Source of the DNA: an uncultured Planctomycetia bacterium
GTDB lineage: Bacteria; Omnitrophota; Gorgyraeia; JABMRG01; JAFGKX01
Direction of reading: 5' to 3'
Assembly (NCBI GenBank): GCA_964570585.1
Contig: CAZMYR010000006.1
Location: 1,636-65,635 of the forward strand
DNA length: 64,000 bases
Shown here: positions 38,312 to 48,241 of the stretch, piece after piece
Position numbering within the stretch: position 1 is the first letter of the stretch
How the letters are laid out: the number at the start of each line of letters is the position of its first letter
Program-made: the position numbers and the translations under genes
The notes under the pieces: model-generated
The model's input: the letters and a program-made list of their open reading frames with translations, nothing else
Told to the model about the DNA's origin: nothing
Database searches by the model: none

Positions 38312-39771
38312 CAGGCTAATAGCTCCTTCGGAAAAATATTATCCAGGCCCAATATGCACGCGGGGTCTAAGGCCTTTTTCAGGTTTACCATTTCAGCAAT
38401 TCCCTCTTCGCCATACATAAGCTTAAGATAATCATGCTTTATTTTACCTATGCCATGCTCGGCAGTGATAGTACCTCCTAAGATAATAGCCTTTTTAACA
38501 AATCGCATATAAATATCTCTGGCTTTATTTTGCTCTGCTTCGTCTTTGGGCAACATATTTACATGAAGGTGGCTATTGCCTATATGGCCGAATATAAGAT
38601 AATCTATTCCGGAATTCGCAAGATTTGTTTTATAAAATGAAAGCATCTCATCTAATTTCTCATCGGAAACTGCAATATCTGTGCCGACTTTAATCCGGTC
38701 TCCTCTTTTTATAATCTCATTTACAGTATCCGGCACATCATGCCTGAAATCATGAAATCTGTCTCTTTCCTTCTTTGTCTGGCCAAACCAGGTTTTATCT
38801 AAATTGACTTTATGTTTTTCCATCAAAGATGTCCAATCTGTGATTAATTTATCTTCATTATCTTCGGTTGTAATCTGCTCGAAAAAGCACGCTGTCTTAA
38901 TATCTTTTGGAATTTCGGGATGTTTGCTACGTATAAGATTTAATGAATTTTCATCAAAATATTCTAACGACATAGCGTCCATGGCCTTTCTTGCCTCATA
39001 TATAAATTGTAAGCAATCTTCATCATTTGCAAAAAAGGCATAACAATCAAATATGCCGTCGGGTTTATTTAAAAGATTTAATTCAACTTCGGTTATAACA
39101 CCTAATGTTCCATCTTGTCCGATAAATAAATCTATCGCATCCATTCCTGGTTTTGAGTAATAGCCGGCAGCATTTTTTGTATTGGGCATTTTGTATGTAG
39201 GGATATCCACCTTTATACTTTTATCTGATGCAAGCGGTATTTCTAAAATATTATCTTTACCTGCGAAAATTTTGCCTCTTTTAATATCTACAATATCTCC
39301 TGAAGATAGAATTATCCTTAATCTTCTAACATAATCCCTGACCGTTCCAAATTTAAAGGTCCTGGCCCCTGATGCGCCCGTAGCAACATTGGCGCCGATA
39401 AAGGCGCTCTTTTCTGTAGGGTCAGGCGGATAAAATAAATCCTTTTTTTCTACTTCGTTTAAGAAATCCTCTAAAGGAACTCCCGCCTGAATAACTGCTT
39501 TTCCTCTCGCGCCATGCTTTTCTATAGATATTATCTTATTCAGCTTTTCAAGAGAAAGCACAATCCCGCCAAATGGTATACGTCCGCCTGCAACGCCCGT
39601 ACCCGCTCCTGATATTGTAACCGGGGTTTTCTTCCGGCTGGCTTCTTTTAGTAAATTTATAATTTCAGATTCTGTCTCAGGAATTGCTACTGCTTCTGCA
39701 AAACCGCCTTTGAGGTTGGAATAGTCTTCCAGATATGAAGTTATTATATCTTTGTCGGTTTTGATAAGCAT
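38311..39771 (-). CDS. FAD-linked oxidoreductase (GlcD/D-lactate dehydrogenase family)
   Basis: GAGTG, YPPDP, GHIGNSHLH, TAEHGIGK, DPACIL. Confidence 0.9.
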   Translation of the reverse strand: MLIKTDKDIITSYLEDYSNLKGGFAEAVAIPETESEIINLLKEASRKKTPVTISGAGTGVAGGRIPFGGIVLSLEKLNKIISIEKHGARGKAVIQAGVPLEDFLNEVEKKDLFYPPDPTEKSAFIGANVATGASGARTFKFGTVRDYVRRLRIILSSGDIVDIKRGKIFAGKDNILEIPLASDKSIKVDIPTYKMPNTKNAAGYYSKPGMDAIDLFIGQDGTLGVITEVELNLLNKPDGIFDCYAFFANDEDCLQFIYEARKAMDAMSLEYFDENSLNLIRSKHPEIPKDIKTACFFEQITTEDNEDKLITDWTSLMEKHKVNLDKTWFGQTKKERDRFHDFRHDVPDTVNEIIKRGDRIKVGTDIAVSDEKLDEMLSFYKTNLANSGIDYLIFGHIGNSHLHVNMLPKDEAEQNKARDIYMRFVKKAIILGGTITAEHGIGKIKHDYLKLMYGEEGIAEMVNLKKALDPACILGLDNIFPKELLA

Positions 39772-39834
39772 GGTATGGATATAATAATATACAAGTCATC
39801 TTTTTTCAACATAAAATACGTCTAACCGACAGTG

Positions 39835-39992
39835 TGACTTTTTTGCATGCCAAGCCGGAGCGACTGTCAAAAATTGCGAAAACAAAGGCAAGAAGTGAGC
39901 AATTTTCGCCACAGCGAGCAAAAAGTGCCCTCCGCCGAAGGCGAAGGATTCTTTTTGCGAGCGGCAAGCGAAGGCTGCATGCAAAATAGTCA
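39835..39992. other. Multi-branched palindromic intergenic element
   Basis: Outer IR tgacttttttgcatgc / gcatgcaaaatagtca with nested hairpins. Confidence 0.55.
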
Positions 39993-40063
39993 AAAAAAAG
40001 GGCCCATCGGCAAAAGAGAAAAACCAACAGGCCCCTCTCGGTGGGCTTATGTAATTCAAGCAA
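39992..40063 (-). ncRNA. Candidate ~70-nt small RNA
   Basis: TTGCAT-17-TAATAT promoter with extended TG (40098..40070); GC hairpin followed by T8. Confidence 0.45.
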
Positions 40064-40197
40064 GTGCAAATATTACCACATCATGCAAAAAAATGCAAGA
40101 AAAATCTTAAAATTTTTTGGTCTTTCGCAGTGCCCCGTAGCTTATACCATAATCAGCACTTCTAAAGCGAAGGGGTAGGAGAACTTTTTTAACTTTT

Positions 40198-40488
40198 TTA
40201 GGTTATCTCTTCTAAATTCCAGGTAAAGGCCTTAATTCCTTCCTTGCCCAATCTTTTTCTTAATTCCTTAATATAAGATATAAGCTTTTCTACTTTTCCT
40301 TCTTTTTCTGCTATAAACAAAACTGCGTTTTCACCAGGCCAAATCTCTGAAGCCATGTGAGGGCCGCTGGCTTTTCCTTTACCCTGAACCTGTGTCCATC
40401 TGGTATAATTTTCAATACCGCATTTTTCCAATATTTCCATTACCTCGCTATTTATAGCACTGTTATAAGAAACCATTGCCATCTTCAT
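40198..40488 (-). CDS. PII-like transporter-associated protein (PG0541-like)
   Basis: YTRWTQVQGKG...PHM...WPGEN; last gene of the RND operon. Confidence 0.7.
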   Translation of the reverse strand: MKMAMVSYNSAINSEVMEILEKCGIENYTRWTQVQGKGKASGPHMASEIWPGENAVLFIAEKEGKVEKLISYIKELRKRLGKEGIKAFTWNLEEIT

Positions 40489-40491
40489 CTT

Positions 40492-43400
40492 TTAAACCTT
40501 CCTTGCCTTTTCTTCAAAAATAGAATACAGCGTCGGGACGAATATCAGCGTAATAAGCGTAGAAACCAGCAAACCACCGATAACTGTAAGGCCCAGAGTA
40601 ACCCATTCTTCAGAGCCTTCACCTCTCGAAAGAGCCAGGGGTAGGAGTCCAAAAACGGTAGTAAGAGTTGTCATAAGAACTGGCTTTAAACGCGCTCTAC
40701 CGCCTTCAATAACGGCATCTCTTACTCCTAAACCTCTTGCGCGTAATATATTAATATAGCTGATAAGAACAATGGCATTATTTACAACAATCCCGACAAT
40801 CATAATAAGGCCTATGAACGAATCTACATTAAAAGTCTGCCTAAAGATTATATGCACCAATACCACCCCGACCATACCAAATGGTATAGAAAATAGTATT
40901 ATAAAAGGGTCTCTGAAAGACTCAAATTGTGAAGCCATAACCATATAAACTAAAATCATACCTAAAATAAGGGCTATGGTCAAAAGCCTGAACGCTTCCT
41001 GTTGTTCTTCTCTTTCTCCGCCAAAATCCATAAAAAAATCTTCAGGCATTTTAATCTTAGAAAGCCTCATCTTTGCCTCTCCAACTGCGCTTCCTAAATC
41101 CCTACCGGAAAGATTGGCTGTTACTCGTATAACCCTTTCCTGGTTCTTTCTTTCTATGCTGACAGGGCCGGATTTTTCTATTATCTCTGCAACGCTGGTA
41201 AGGCGAATCTGTTTTCCTGTCGGTGAAGTTATAAAACTATTTTCAAGGTCAGATATATGTTTTCTATCCTCTTCTCGCAATCTAACAAAGATGTCATATT
41301 CTTTCCCTTTCTCTCTATACTTGGTAGCTTTTTCTCCGCTAAAAAAAACTTCAATAGTATTTCCAATGTCAGAAATATTTAAGCCCAGATGGGATGCCTT
41401 GTCTCTATCTACCCTTATCTGCAATTCCGGTTTGCCCATCTTTCTTGAAATCTCTACATCAACTAGGCCTTTTATCTCTCTCAATTCATCTGCTATCTCT
41501 TTAGACAAAGCCATCCCTGTATCCATATCATGTCCGTATATCTCTATAACAAAAGGTTTGCCTTCTGCAAAAAACATACCTGCTAAAGGGTCTTCTGTAT
41601 TATATCTGACCTTTGCTCCTGGATATTTCGTTGTAAGCGGCCTTAATTCATCAACAATTCTTTTTGCCAATCTTTTTCGTTGTTCTTTAGGAACAAGCCT
41701 TACCCCTATCATGCCTACATTTGACCCTTCCTGCCCGAATGCCACACTTCCCATGCCAATAGCGCCATAACCCCATCTGGCAAACATAACTGTCTTCTCC
41801 GGAATTTCTTTAGTAACTATATCTTCTATTGAACGCATTACCTTGCCTGTTTCTTCAAATCTTGTTCCTACCGGAAGCTCGACTGTTCCCCGAAACATAT
41901 TGGAGTCAGTCTCTGGCGTAAACCTTGTGCCTATCAAGGGTAAAAATAATAAACTAAAACATAATATTAAAAGGCCACCTATTATTACTCTCTTTCTATG
42001 GGAAAGTGACCAGCTTAAAAGATTTTTATAAGTTGAATCTAATTTATTAAGCCATTTCCCACTCTGAATATAAAATTTATTAATAATTTTTTTGCCTTTA
42101 TCTTCTTCTTTCTCCAAACGTAAAAATTTTGCGCTTAGCATAGGAATCAAGGTTAATGCTGTAAAAAGAGAGATTAAAAGCGCCAGGCATATTACAAAGG
42201 CCATCTCTTTAAACATAATACCTGTAATCCCTCCAATGAAAACTATCGGGAGAAATATAGCAATTGTAGTAAGTGTTGAAGCAGTGATTGCCTTTCCTAC
42301 CTCAGAAGCGCCAAAGATTGCCGCCTCTTCAGCTCTTTCTTTCTTTTCTCTATGGCGATGGATATTATCCAAAACTACGATTGCTGCATCTACCACCATT
42401 CCCATAGCAATAGCAAGGCTTGAAACCGATATTATATTTAATGTATAACCTCCCATATAAAGGAGGAAAAAGGTAATTATTAATGATGTAGGAATGGAAC
42501 AGGCAACAATAATCCCTGCCCTTAAATTACGCAGGAAGAAAAATATAATTAATATAACTAAAATTCCGCCAAAATATAATGCATTGCTTAAATTACCAAT
42601 GGACCCTTTAATAAAATCGGAGAGGTCTCTTGCCACAACGATATTTACATCAGGGGGCAAGTTTTTCTTTAACTCCTCTAATTTCCTAAACACCCTTTCT
42701 GCAACAGCAACTGTATTTGCTCCGGATTGCTTCTGGATTATAACTATAAGGCCGGGCTTTTTATTTACCCTGACCTCTTGAGTCTTTTCTCTAAAGGCAT
42801 CTTTTACGGTAGCAACATCCTTAATATAAACAGCAGCGCCATCTTTAGTAGTGGCCAGGACTATCTTCCCTATCTCATCTACTTCAATCTCTTCCGGGGT
42901 GCGGATAAGATATTCCTTAATCCCTGTCTTTATATGGCCTCCCGGGATATCTAAGTTTTCTTTTCTTAAAGCATCCAGCACCTGATTTACTGATAAATTA
43001 TAGGCCTCTAAGCGAGAGCGGTCTAATTCAACCAGAATTTGCCTCTCTAGCCCGCCATGCATAGAAGCTGCGGCAACTCCGGGAACGGTCTTTAACGGGT
43101 CACAAATTCTATCATCGATTAAATCATAAAGTATAGGATAACTTTCTTCGGCAGTAACTGCTAAAACAAGGATGGGCATCATAGAAAGGTCAAATTTTAA
43201 TACCCTGGGCCTGTCCACATCATCGGGTAACTGTCTCATTGATAAATCCACTACATCTCTTACATCATTGGCTGCCTCAGCTAAATCTGTACCCCAATCA
43301 AACTTAAGCCTTACCGACGAAGCGCCTTCTGCAGAACCGGATTCAATCCTATCTAAATCTTTAACCGTAGCAAGTCTATCTTCCAGGATTTTGGTTATTG

Positions 43401-43584
43401 TAGATTCTACCTCCTCAGGGCCTGCTCCTTGATAGGCAGTTGAAACTGATATGGTGGGTATCTCTATCTCCGGCATAAGGTCAAGGCCGAGTCTTGACAG
43501 AGAAACCAAACCCAGGACTACCATGGCTACAAAAATCATGGTCGTAGTTACAGGATATCTTACACCAAGTTGCGGAAGCCTCAT
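40492..43584 (-). CDS. RND efflux permease (AcrB family)
   Basis: GMVVDAAIVV, GIVVNNAIVL, RLKPVLMTTLTT. Confidence 0.95.
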   Translation of the reverse strand: MRLPQLGVRYPVTTTMIFVAMVVLGLVSLSRLGLDLMPEIEIPTISVSTAYQGAGPEEVESTITKILEDRLATVKDLDRIESGSAEGASSVRLKFDWGTDLAEAANDVRDVVDLSMRQLPDDVDRPRVLKFDLSMMPILVLAVTAEESYPILYDLIDDRICDPLKTVPGVAAASMHGGLERQILVELDRSRLEAYNLSVNQVLDALRKENLDIPGGHIKTGIKEYLIRTPEEIEVDEIGKIVLATTKDGAAVYIKDVATVKDAFREKTQEVRVNKKPGLIVIIQKQSGANTVAVAERVFRKLEELKKNLPPDVNIVVARDLSDFIKGSIGNLSNALYFGGILVILIIFFFLRNLRAGIIVACSIPTSLIITFFLLYMGGYTLNIISVSSLAIAMGMVVDAAIVVLDNIHRHREKKERAEEAAIFGASEVGKAITASTLTTIAIFLPIVFIGGITGIMFKEMAFVICLALLISLFTALTLIPMLSAKFLRLEKEEDKGKKIINKFYIQSGKWLNKLDSTYKNLLSWSLSHRKRVIIGGLLILCFSLLFLPLIGTRFTPETDSNMFRGTVELPVGTRFEETGKVMRSIEDIVTKEIPEKTVMFARWGYGAIGMGSVAFGQEGSNVGMIGVRLVPKEQRKRLAKRIVDELRPLTTKYPGAKVRYNTEDPLAGMFFAEGKPFVIEIYGHDMDTGMALSKEIADELREIKGLVDVEISRKMGKPELQIRVDRDKASHLGLNISDIGNTIEVFFSGEKATKYREKGKEYDIFVRLREEDRKHISDLENSFITSPTGKQIRLTSVAEIIEKSGPVSIERKNQERVIRVTANLSGRDLGSAVGEAKMRLSKIKMPEDFFMDFGGEREEQQEAFRLLTIALILGMILVYMVMASQFESFRDPFIILFSIPFGMVGVVLVHIIFRQTFNVDSFIGLIMIVGIVVNNAIVLISYINILRARGLGVRDAVIEGGRARLKPVLMTTLTTVFGLLPLALSRGEGSEEWVTLGLTVIGGLLVSTLITLIFVPTLYSIFEEKARKV

Positions 43585-44519
43585 TTTATAACCTCGACTA
43601 AATCGCCTTCTTTAAGGCGAATCTTTCCCATCGTAACTACAAATTCACCTTCATTAAGCCCGCTTATCACCTCAAATTTATTATTTTCGTGAAGCCCTAA
43701 TTCTATTTTTCGCTGGTGCACCTTGTTGTCGCCCTTAACTACAAAGACATAATTTGAACTGTTTACCTTTACTATTGCATCTCTCGGTATAATTAATGCG
43801 CCCTTTTTCTCTTTTACTAATAAATTTATCCTGGCAAACATGCCGGGCTTGAGTCTATGTTCAGGGTTTGGAATTTCTATCTCAACCAGAGCTGTTCGGG
43901 AAGTTAAATCTACTACCGGGCTCACTCTCTCTACTACACCACCAAACGTTTCTTCGGGATAGGCATCTACCTCAATTTGAGATATCTGCCCCTCTCTTAT
44001 TTTGGGCAAGTCTCTTTCTACGACATTTATCTTTACTTTCACTGTATCCATGTTAACCACTAAACCTACAGGTTCTTGAGGTGAAACACTCGCGCCTATA
44101 TCAACATAAACCATGCCTACAACGCCATCGATTGGCGACTCCACAGGCGCCTTCTCAAATTGAAAGCCTATTTCATCTCTATCGATATAAGCTAAACAAT
44201 CGCCCTTTTTTATCGAATCCCCTTCTTTAGCAAGTTTCTCTATAATTTTGCCGGTTACTTTAGGATAAACTATTGCTTCATCTTTGGCCCTTACATCGCC
44301 GACATAAAATAAAGTTTCTTTTAAACTGCCGCGCTTCACTTCTACCGCACTCACCGGTAGCTTAGTTACCATTTCCCGGGGAGCTCTTCTACCACAGCCT
44401 GTTAATAAAATGCAAAATGCAAATATCAAAATGAAAAATGACAATGCAAAATTCAAAAATTTTGATTTTTGATATGTGATTTTGATTTTTGGTTTTTGGT
44501 TTTTGATTTTTTTCATCAT
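43581..44519 (-). CDS. RND membrane fusion lipoprotein
   Basis: Lipobox LTGC, SPIDGVV, LKPGMFA. Confidence 0.92.
   Translation of the reverse strand: MMKKIKNQKPKIKITYQKSKFLNFALSFFILIFAFCILLTGCGRRAPREMVTKLPVSAVEVKRGSLKETLFYVGDVRAKDEAIVYPKVTGKIIEKLAKEGDSIKKGDCLAYIDRDEIGFQFEKAPVESPIDGVVGMVYVDIGASVSPQEPVGLVVNMDTVKVKINVVERDLPKIREGQISQIEVDAYPEETFGGVVERVSPVVDLTSRTALVEIEIPNPEHRLKPGMFARINLLVKEKKGALIIPRDAIVKVNSSNYVFVVKGDNKVHQRKIELGLHENNKFEVISGLNEGEFVVTMGKIRLKEGDLVEVIK
44407..44513. repeat. Heptamer palindrome encoding the MFP signal peptide
   Basis: AAAATGC-like units followed by TTTGRTT units. Confidence 0.75.
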
Positions 44520-46057
44520 TCCTCCAGCAATATATCGTTTTTAACAAGGGTTAAACCTTCAGCTTTATCGAGATTGATAATAGCAATATTATAATCAATT
44601 AATGCCTTAATATAATCAAGCTCTGCTTGTGCTAACTTATCCTGATAATCTAACATATCATGAGTGCTAATCTGCCCGGCTGCATATCGTTCACTTTGGG
44701 CTTGATAATTTTGAGTCTCCTTCTCTTTTGCTACCGTGGCTACCTGAACCTGGCGATATTGTATATCAACTTCCCTTACCTTATCCCTCACCTCTAAAAT
44801 GATGTTCTGCTCTAACCTTTTAAAAGCAATTAAGGCCTGGGCCTTTTCTAATTTTCTCTTATCATATTTTGCCCTATCGTCCCCTCCCCAGGGCATACTG
44901 AATTCAGCCCCGACGCTCCAGTCTCTATAATCTTTATCAATTTTATCCAAACATTGCTCATAGTCTTTGCCTAAAGCATTTAGGCCAAAACTCCCTGTTA
45001 AATCAAGCGTTGGCAATAACGCATTCTTTGCAACCTTTATCTTTATATCTCTATTTTTTAAATCTATTCTGTTTGAGATGTAATCCGGTCTATATATAAA
45101 TGCATTTTGAAGGCTTTCAACCAGATTAATCTCCTGGATTCTAAATTCCGGCGCATCTATCAATTCTATCTTTACGTTCCATAACTTCGGGTCATCCACT
45201 AAATTAGTGATCAATTTTAGCTCATCCTCTGCTTTTTTTAAATTTGACTCGGCAGTAATTAAGGCCTTTTCTCTTTTTGCTACCGCGGTCTCTGTCTCCA
45301 ATAAATCTACTGAACTTACCAGGCCTTTGGCATATCTGGCCTTATTTATCTGCAATAAGCCCTGAGCGCGCTCTAAGGATGATTTGGCTATGGAATAATT
45401 CTCAAGGTAATATAGATAGTTATAATAGTCAGTTTTAGTTTCGCTTACCGTGTCCATAACTGTGTCTTTAAAATCTTCTTCGCTTTCTGTTTTATCGTTT
45501 TTGGCAATAATAATATCTGCCCGGTTGACTAAGATGCCAAAATCTTTAAAAAGCGGCTGGGTAATAGTAATCTTTGGTTCGGAAGTATAATATGGGTTCA
45601 TCCTTTGGGTGGTTACACCGCTCTTATATCTTTTGTTTAAGAAATCGATATCATATTCTGTCCCGGTTATTAACTTTCCGGATATCCCGGCATTAAAATC
45701 TATATCTCTGCTTTTTAAGATTGCAGAGTAAGCTGTACTGGTGGACTTTTCAGTATTATCATGCAGCGTATAATCGGCATCGAGAGTCGGCTCAAAAGCT
45801 GCCTTTGCTATTTTTACGTCGTCTTCTTTAAGTTTAGGCTCAATTCGCTCTATTTTAATCTCTGAATTATTTTTAAGCGCATATGCAATGCAATCAATGA
45901 GTCCGATTTTTAAAACTTTAGCAGTCTTTGCAGATTCTATAAAAGCCTCTTTATTGAAGCTGCTTCCTGGTTTTCTCTCAGGAGCCCTGCCCATTGCAAA
46001 ACCAATTTGCACACTCAAAAAAACAAAAATTACAATTAAGCAAAATATCCTTCTCAC
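44516..46057 (-). CDS. TolC family outer-membrane efflux protein
   Basis: ALKNN, RYAKGLVSSVDLL, LLPTLDL, RYAAGQIS repeats. Confidence 0.9.
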   Translation of the reverse strand: MRRIFCLIVIFVFLSVQIGFAMGRAPERKPGSSFNKEAFIESAKTAKVLKIGLIDCIAYALKNNSEIKIERIEPKLKEDDVKIAKAAFEPTLDADYTLHDNTEKSTSTAYSAILKSRDIDFNAGISGKLITGTEYDIDFLNKRYKSGVTTQRMNPYYTSEPKITITQPLFKDFGILVNRADIIIAKNDKTESEEDFKDTVMDTVSETKTDYYNYLYYLENYSIAKSSLERAQGLLQINKARYAKGLVSSVDLLETETAVAKREKALITAESNLKKAEDELKLITNLVDDPKLWNVKIELIDAPEFRIQEINLVESLQNAFIYRPDYISNRIDLKNRDIKIKVAKNALLPTLDLTGSFGLNALGKDYEQCLDKIDKDYRDWSVGAEFSMPWGGDDRAKYDKRKLEKAQALIAFKRLEQNIILEVRDKVREVDIQYRQVQVATVAKEKETQNYQAQSERYAAGQISTHDMLDYQDKLAQAELDYIKALIDYNIAIINLDKAEGLTLVKNDILLEE

Positions 46058-46072
46058 TTTTATGCTCCTTAA

Positions 46073-46510
46073 TTATGCAAGTTGTTTATGTACCTTTTCT
46101 AATATATCGAGATACTTTCTTCGTTCATCCCTGCTTATTTTTCCGAACATCTTTTTTATCATCTTATATTGTTGCTGCATAACTGATCTTGCCACTTTTT
46201 TCCCTTGAGGAGTAATGGTTATTTCTACTATGCGTCTGTCTTTTTTACTGCGGTTTCTTTTCAGCAATCTATTTTTTATCATCCGGTCAACAAGGCCTGT
46301 AGCTCCGCTCATCGAGACAGAAAGGGAGTTTGCAATATCACTCATAATACAGCTTCTCCTTCTGCAAAGATACTGCAATATGGTCATCTGCGGTAATGAG
46401 ATTATGCCTCTGGTTAGTTCGTTCTTCTGTCCTTTTGTAAACTCTCCCATCATATCCGGAAGTATACCTGATAGCCGCTTTGCAAACAATGTAAGTTCCT
46501 TATCGCTCAT
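46073..46510 (-). CDS. MarR family regulator
   Basis: wHTH; TGLVDRM...DRR...ITPQG. Confidence 0.92.
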   Translation of the reverse strand: MSDKELTLFAKRLSGILPDMMGEFTKGQKNELTRGIISLPQMTILQYLCRRRSCIMSDIANSLSVSMSGATGLVDRMIKNRLLKRNRSKKDRRIVEITITPQGKKVARSVMQQQYKMIKKMFGKISRDERRKYLDILEKVHKQLA

Positions 46511-46575
46511 TTTATCTTCTCTCTATTTTATTCAACTTCACTAATATTTAATCATATTAACTATTTACATAATAA

Positions 46576-46603
46576 AGTATACACTAAAATCTAAAAAAGT
46601 CAA
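46576..46603 (-). promoter_or_regulatory. sigma70 promoter of the marR-RND operon
   Basis: TTGACT-16-TATACT on the minus strand. Confidence 0.6.
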
Positions 46604-46684
46604 GGGAAATACAGACGTTTACGGTTTTGTTCGGGTACCTGTCCTATTTTCAATCGGGTACCTGTCCCCTTTTAAATTTTTTTC

Positions 46685-46726
46685 ATTTTTTTGAAATAAT
46701 TTGCCTAAAAAAATCGTCTATTTATA
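46685..46726 (+). promoter_or_regulatory. 42-bp sequence identical to 62149-62190; putative ECF-like promoter
   Basis: atttttttgaaataatttgcctaaaaaaatcgtctatttata. Confidence 0.6.
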
Positions 46727-46761
46727 TGAGGAGTAAAAAAAACAAAAAGGGGAGGTGTATT

Positions 46762-47241
46762 ATGCCAAGTGGACCAAGATTAATTGTGGATGAGGGCTGT
46801 TACCATATTATGACAAGGGGGAATCGGAAACAAAAAACCTTTAGGGCAGACGAAGATTTCCATAGGTATATGGGTATGCTAATAAAATACAAGAAGAAGT
46901 ATAAATTCAGGCTATATGGATATTGCCTTATGCCCAATCATGTTCATTTAATTGGGGAGGTGGTTGGCAAGAATTTATCTAAATTTATGCACGGATTAAA
47001 CAGGTCCTATGTTATATATTTTAACAAAACATATGACAAGGTAGGGCATCTTTGGCAGGATAGATTTAAGAGCAAGCTTATTGTGAAAGATAAATATCTA
47101 ATAGATTGCATAAATTATGTTGAACTTAACCCGGTAAGGGCTGGGTTAGTCGAAAGCCCCCATGAATATATATGGAGCAGCTATAGAGAAAGAAATATGA
47201 TGGAATCGCCTTATAAGGTTTTGGACGATTTTAGTCTTTAG
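46762..47241 (+). CDS. REP-associated tyrosine transposase (RAYT, Y1 HUH)
   Basis: YHIMTRGN, YCLMPNHVHL (HUH), YVELNPVRAG, WSSY; GGAGG RBS. Confidence 0.92.
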   Translation: MPSGPRLIVDEGCYHIMTRGNRKQKTFRADEDFHRYMGMLIKYKKKYKFRLYGYCLMPNHVHLIGEVVGKNLSKFMHGLNRSYVIYFNKTYDKVGHLWQDRFKSKLIVKDKYLIDCINYVELNPVRAGLVESPHEYIWSSYRERNMMESPYKVLDDFSL

Positions 47242-47302
47242 GGTACACTTACCCGAACAAAACTCAGACAGTTACCCGAACAACTTGGTAAACGTCTGTA
47301 TT

Positions 47303-48172
47303 TTAGGCGAAAGCAATTAAGATGATGCCTAAAAACATAATGCTTGCGCCGAACAATCTTTCTTTTATGTTGGTTTCTTTAAAAATAACAGCTCCATATA
47401 TAACTCCGAAAAACAAGCTGCTTCTTTTTACAGCTATCATATAAGCTGCGTCTGTCATTGAAATTGCTATGCAATGAAAGATACAAGAAAGAGCAAACAT
47501 AACTCCTAGCGCAAAAAAGATGAGAAAATACTTTTTAGAGGGATTAATTCTAATCAAACCCCTTTTGTGTCTTATAAAGATCAATGGTGTCAAAAATAGC
47601 AATATAATTGGAAAATATATTATTGCAAAAAACATGGGACTGGAATGAATTATGGCTCGCTTGCCTAGCACCGAAGTTAAACTAAAGATAGAGGCTGCTG
47701 CTATCATATACATCGAACCTCTCTCTTTTAAAATTGCCTTTATTGGCCCGAGTATTCCTAAATGAATGGTTTCTATATTTAAAACATAGCCACCGACAAC
47801 AACTAACAGAATGCCGCTTGTGCCAATGGCAGATAGCTCCTCCCCTAGAATTATTGATGATGTTATTATTGCCAACGCAGGGGTTATGGCCAAAAATGGC
47901 ATGGTCAAAGATAAAGGCGAGATCTTAATAGCTTTAAGAAAGAGTATGTAAGCAAATATTTCAAATGGTATTAATATAAGAATCGTCTGGTAAAATATAT
48001 AATTTAATTTTGGGATTTGTATCCAAAATAGCAATAACAATAAAAAAGGGCAGGCAAATATCAAACGCAACCAGCCTGTAATATATTCGTCATTTCCCCG
48101 CATAGCAATTTTAGCAATGCATGAGGAAGTCGCCAATAAAAAGGCTGTTATTAAAGTATATACTAACCACAT
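47303..48172 (-). CDS. EamA/DMT transporter
   Basis: About 10 TM in two repeats; ILGE and FKE motifs. Confidence 0.88.
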   Translation of the reverse strand: MWLVYTLITAFLLATSSCIAKIAMRGNDEYITGWLRLIFACPFLLLLLFWIQIPKLNYIFYQTILILIPFEIFAYILFLKAIKISPLSLTMPFLAITPALAIITSSIILGEELSAIGTSGILLVVVGGYVLNIETIHLGILGPIKAILKERGSMYMIAAASIFSLTSVLGKRAIIHSSPMFFAIIYFPIILLFLTPLIFIRHKRGLIRINPSKKYFLIFFALGVMFALSCIFHCIAISMTDAAYMIAVKRSSLFFGVIYGAVIFKETNIKERLFGASIMFLGIILIAFA

Positions 48173-48175
48173 TGT

Positions 48176-48240
48176 AAAAATGGGACAGGTGCAATTTTTA
48201 GCTATTAAACGCGAGAAAAATTGTACCTGTCCCAATTTTT
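48176..48240. repeat. GGGACAGGT palindrome (family A related)
   Basis: tgggacaggtgcaattttt...aaaaattgtacctgtccca; half copy near 59990-60010. Confidence 0.75.
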
Positions 48241-48241
48241 A

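Larger units (their letters stand above)
46607..47303 (+). mobile_element. RAYT element with ~62-bp arms and 16-bp terminal IRs
   Basis: aaatacagacgtttac (46607-46622) / gtaaacgtctgtattt (47288-47303); each arm has two TCGGGTA-type subrepeats. Confidence 0.8.

Noticed and set aside
39796-40110. Three overlapping 87-aa ORFs
   Set aside because: They span a palindromic element, lack an RBS and show no protein motifs
46627-46761. N-terminal extensions in the ORF track (RAYT, EamA, STAS-PilZ, AsmA, lipoate ligase, ExeA, YraN)
   Set aside because: They run through repeats or promoters; downstream ATGs match the family starts
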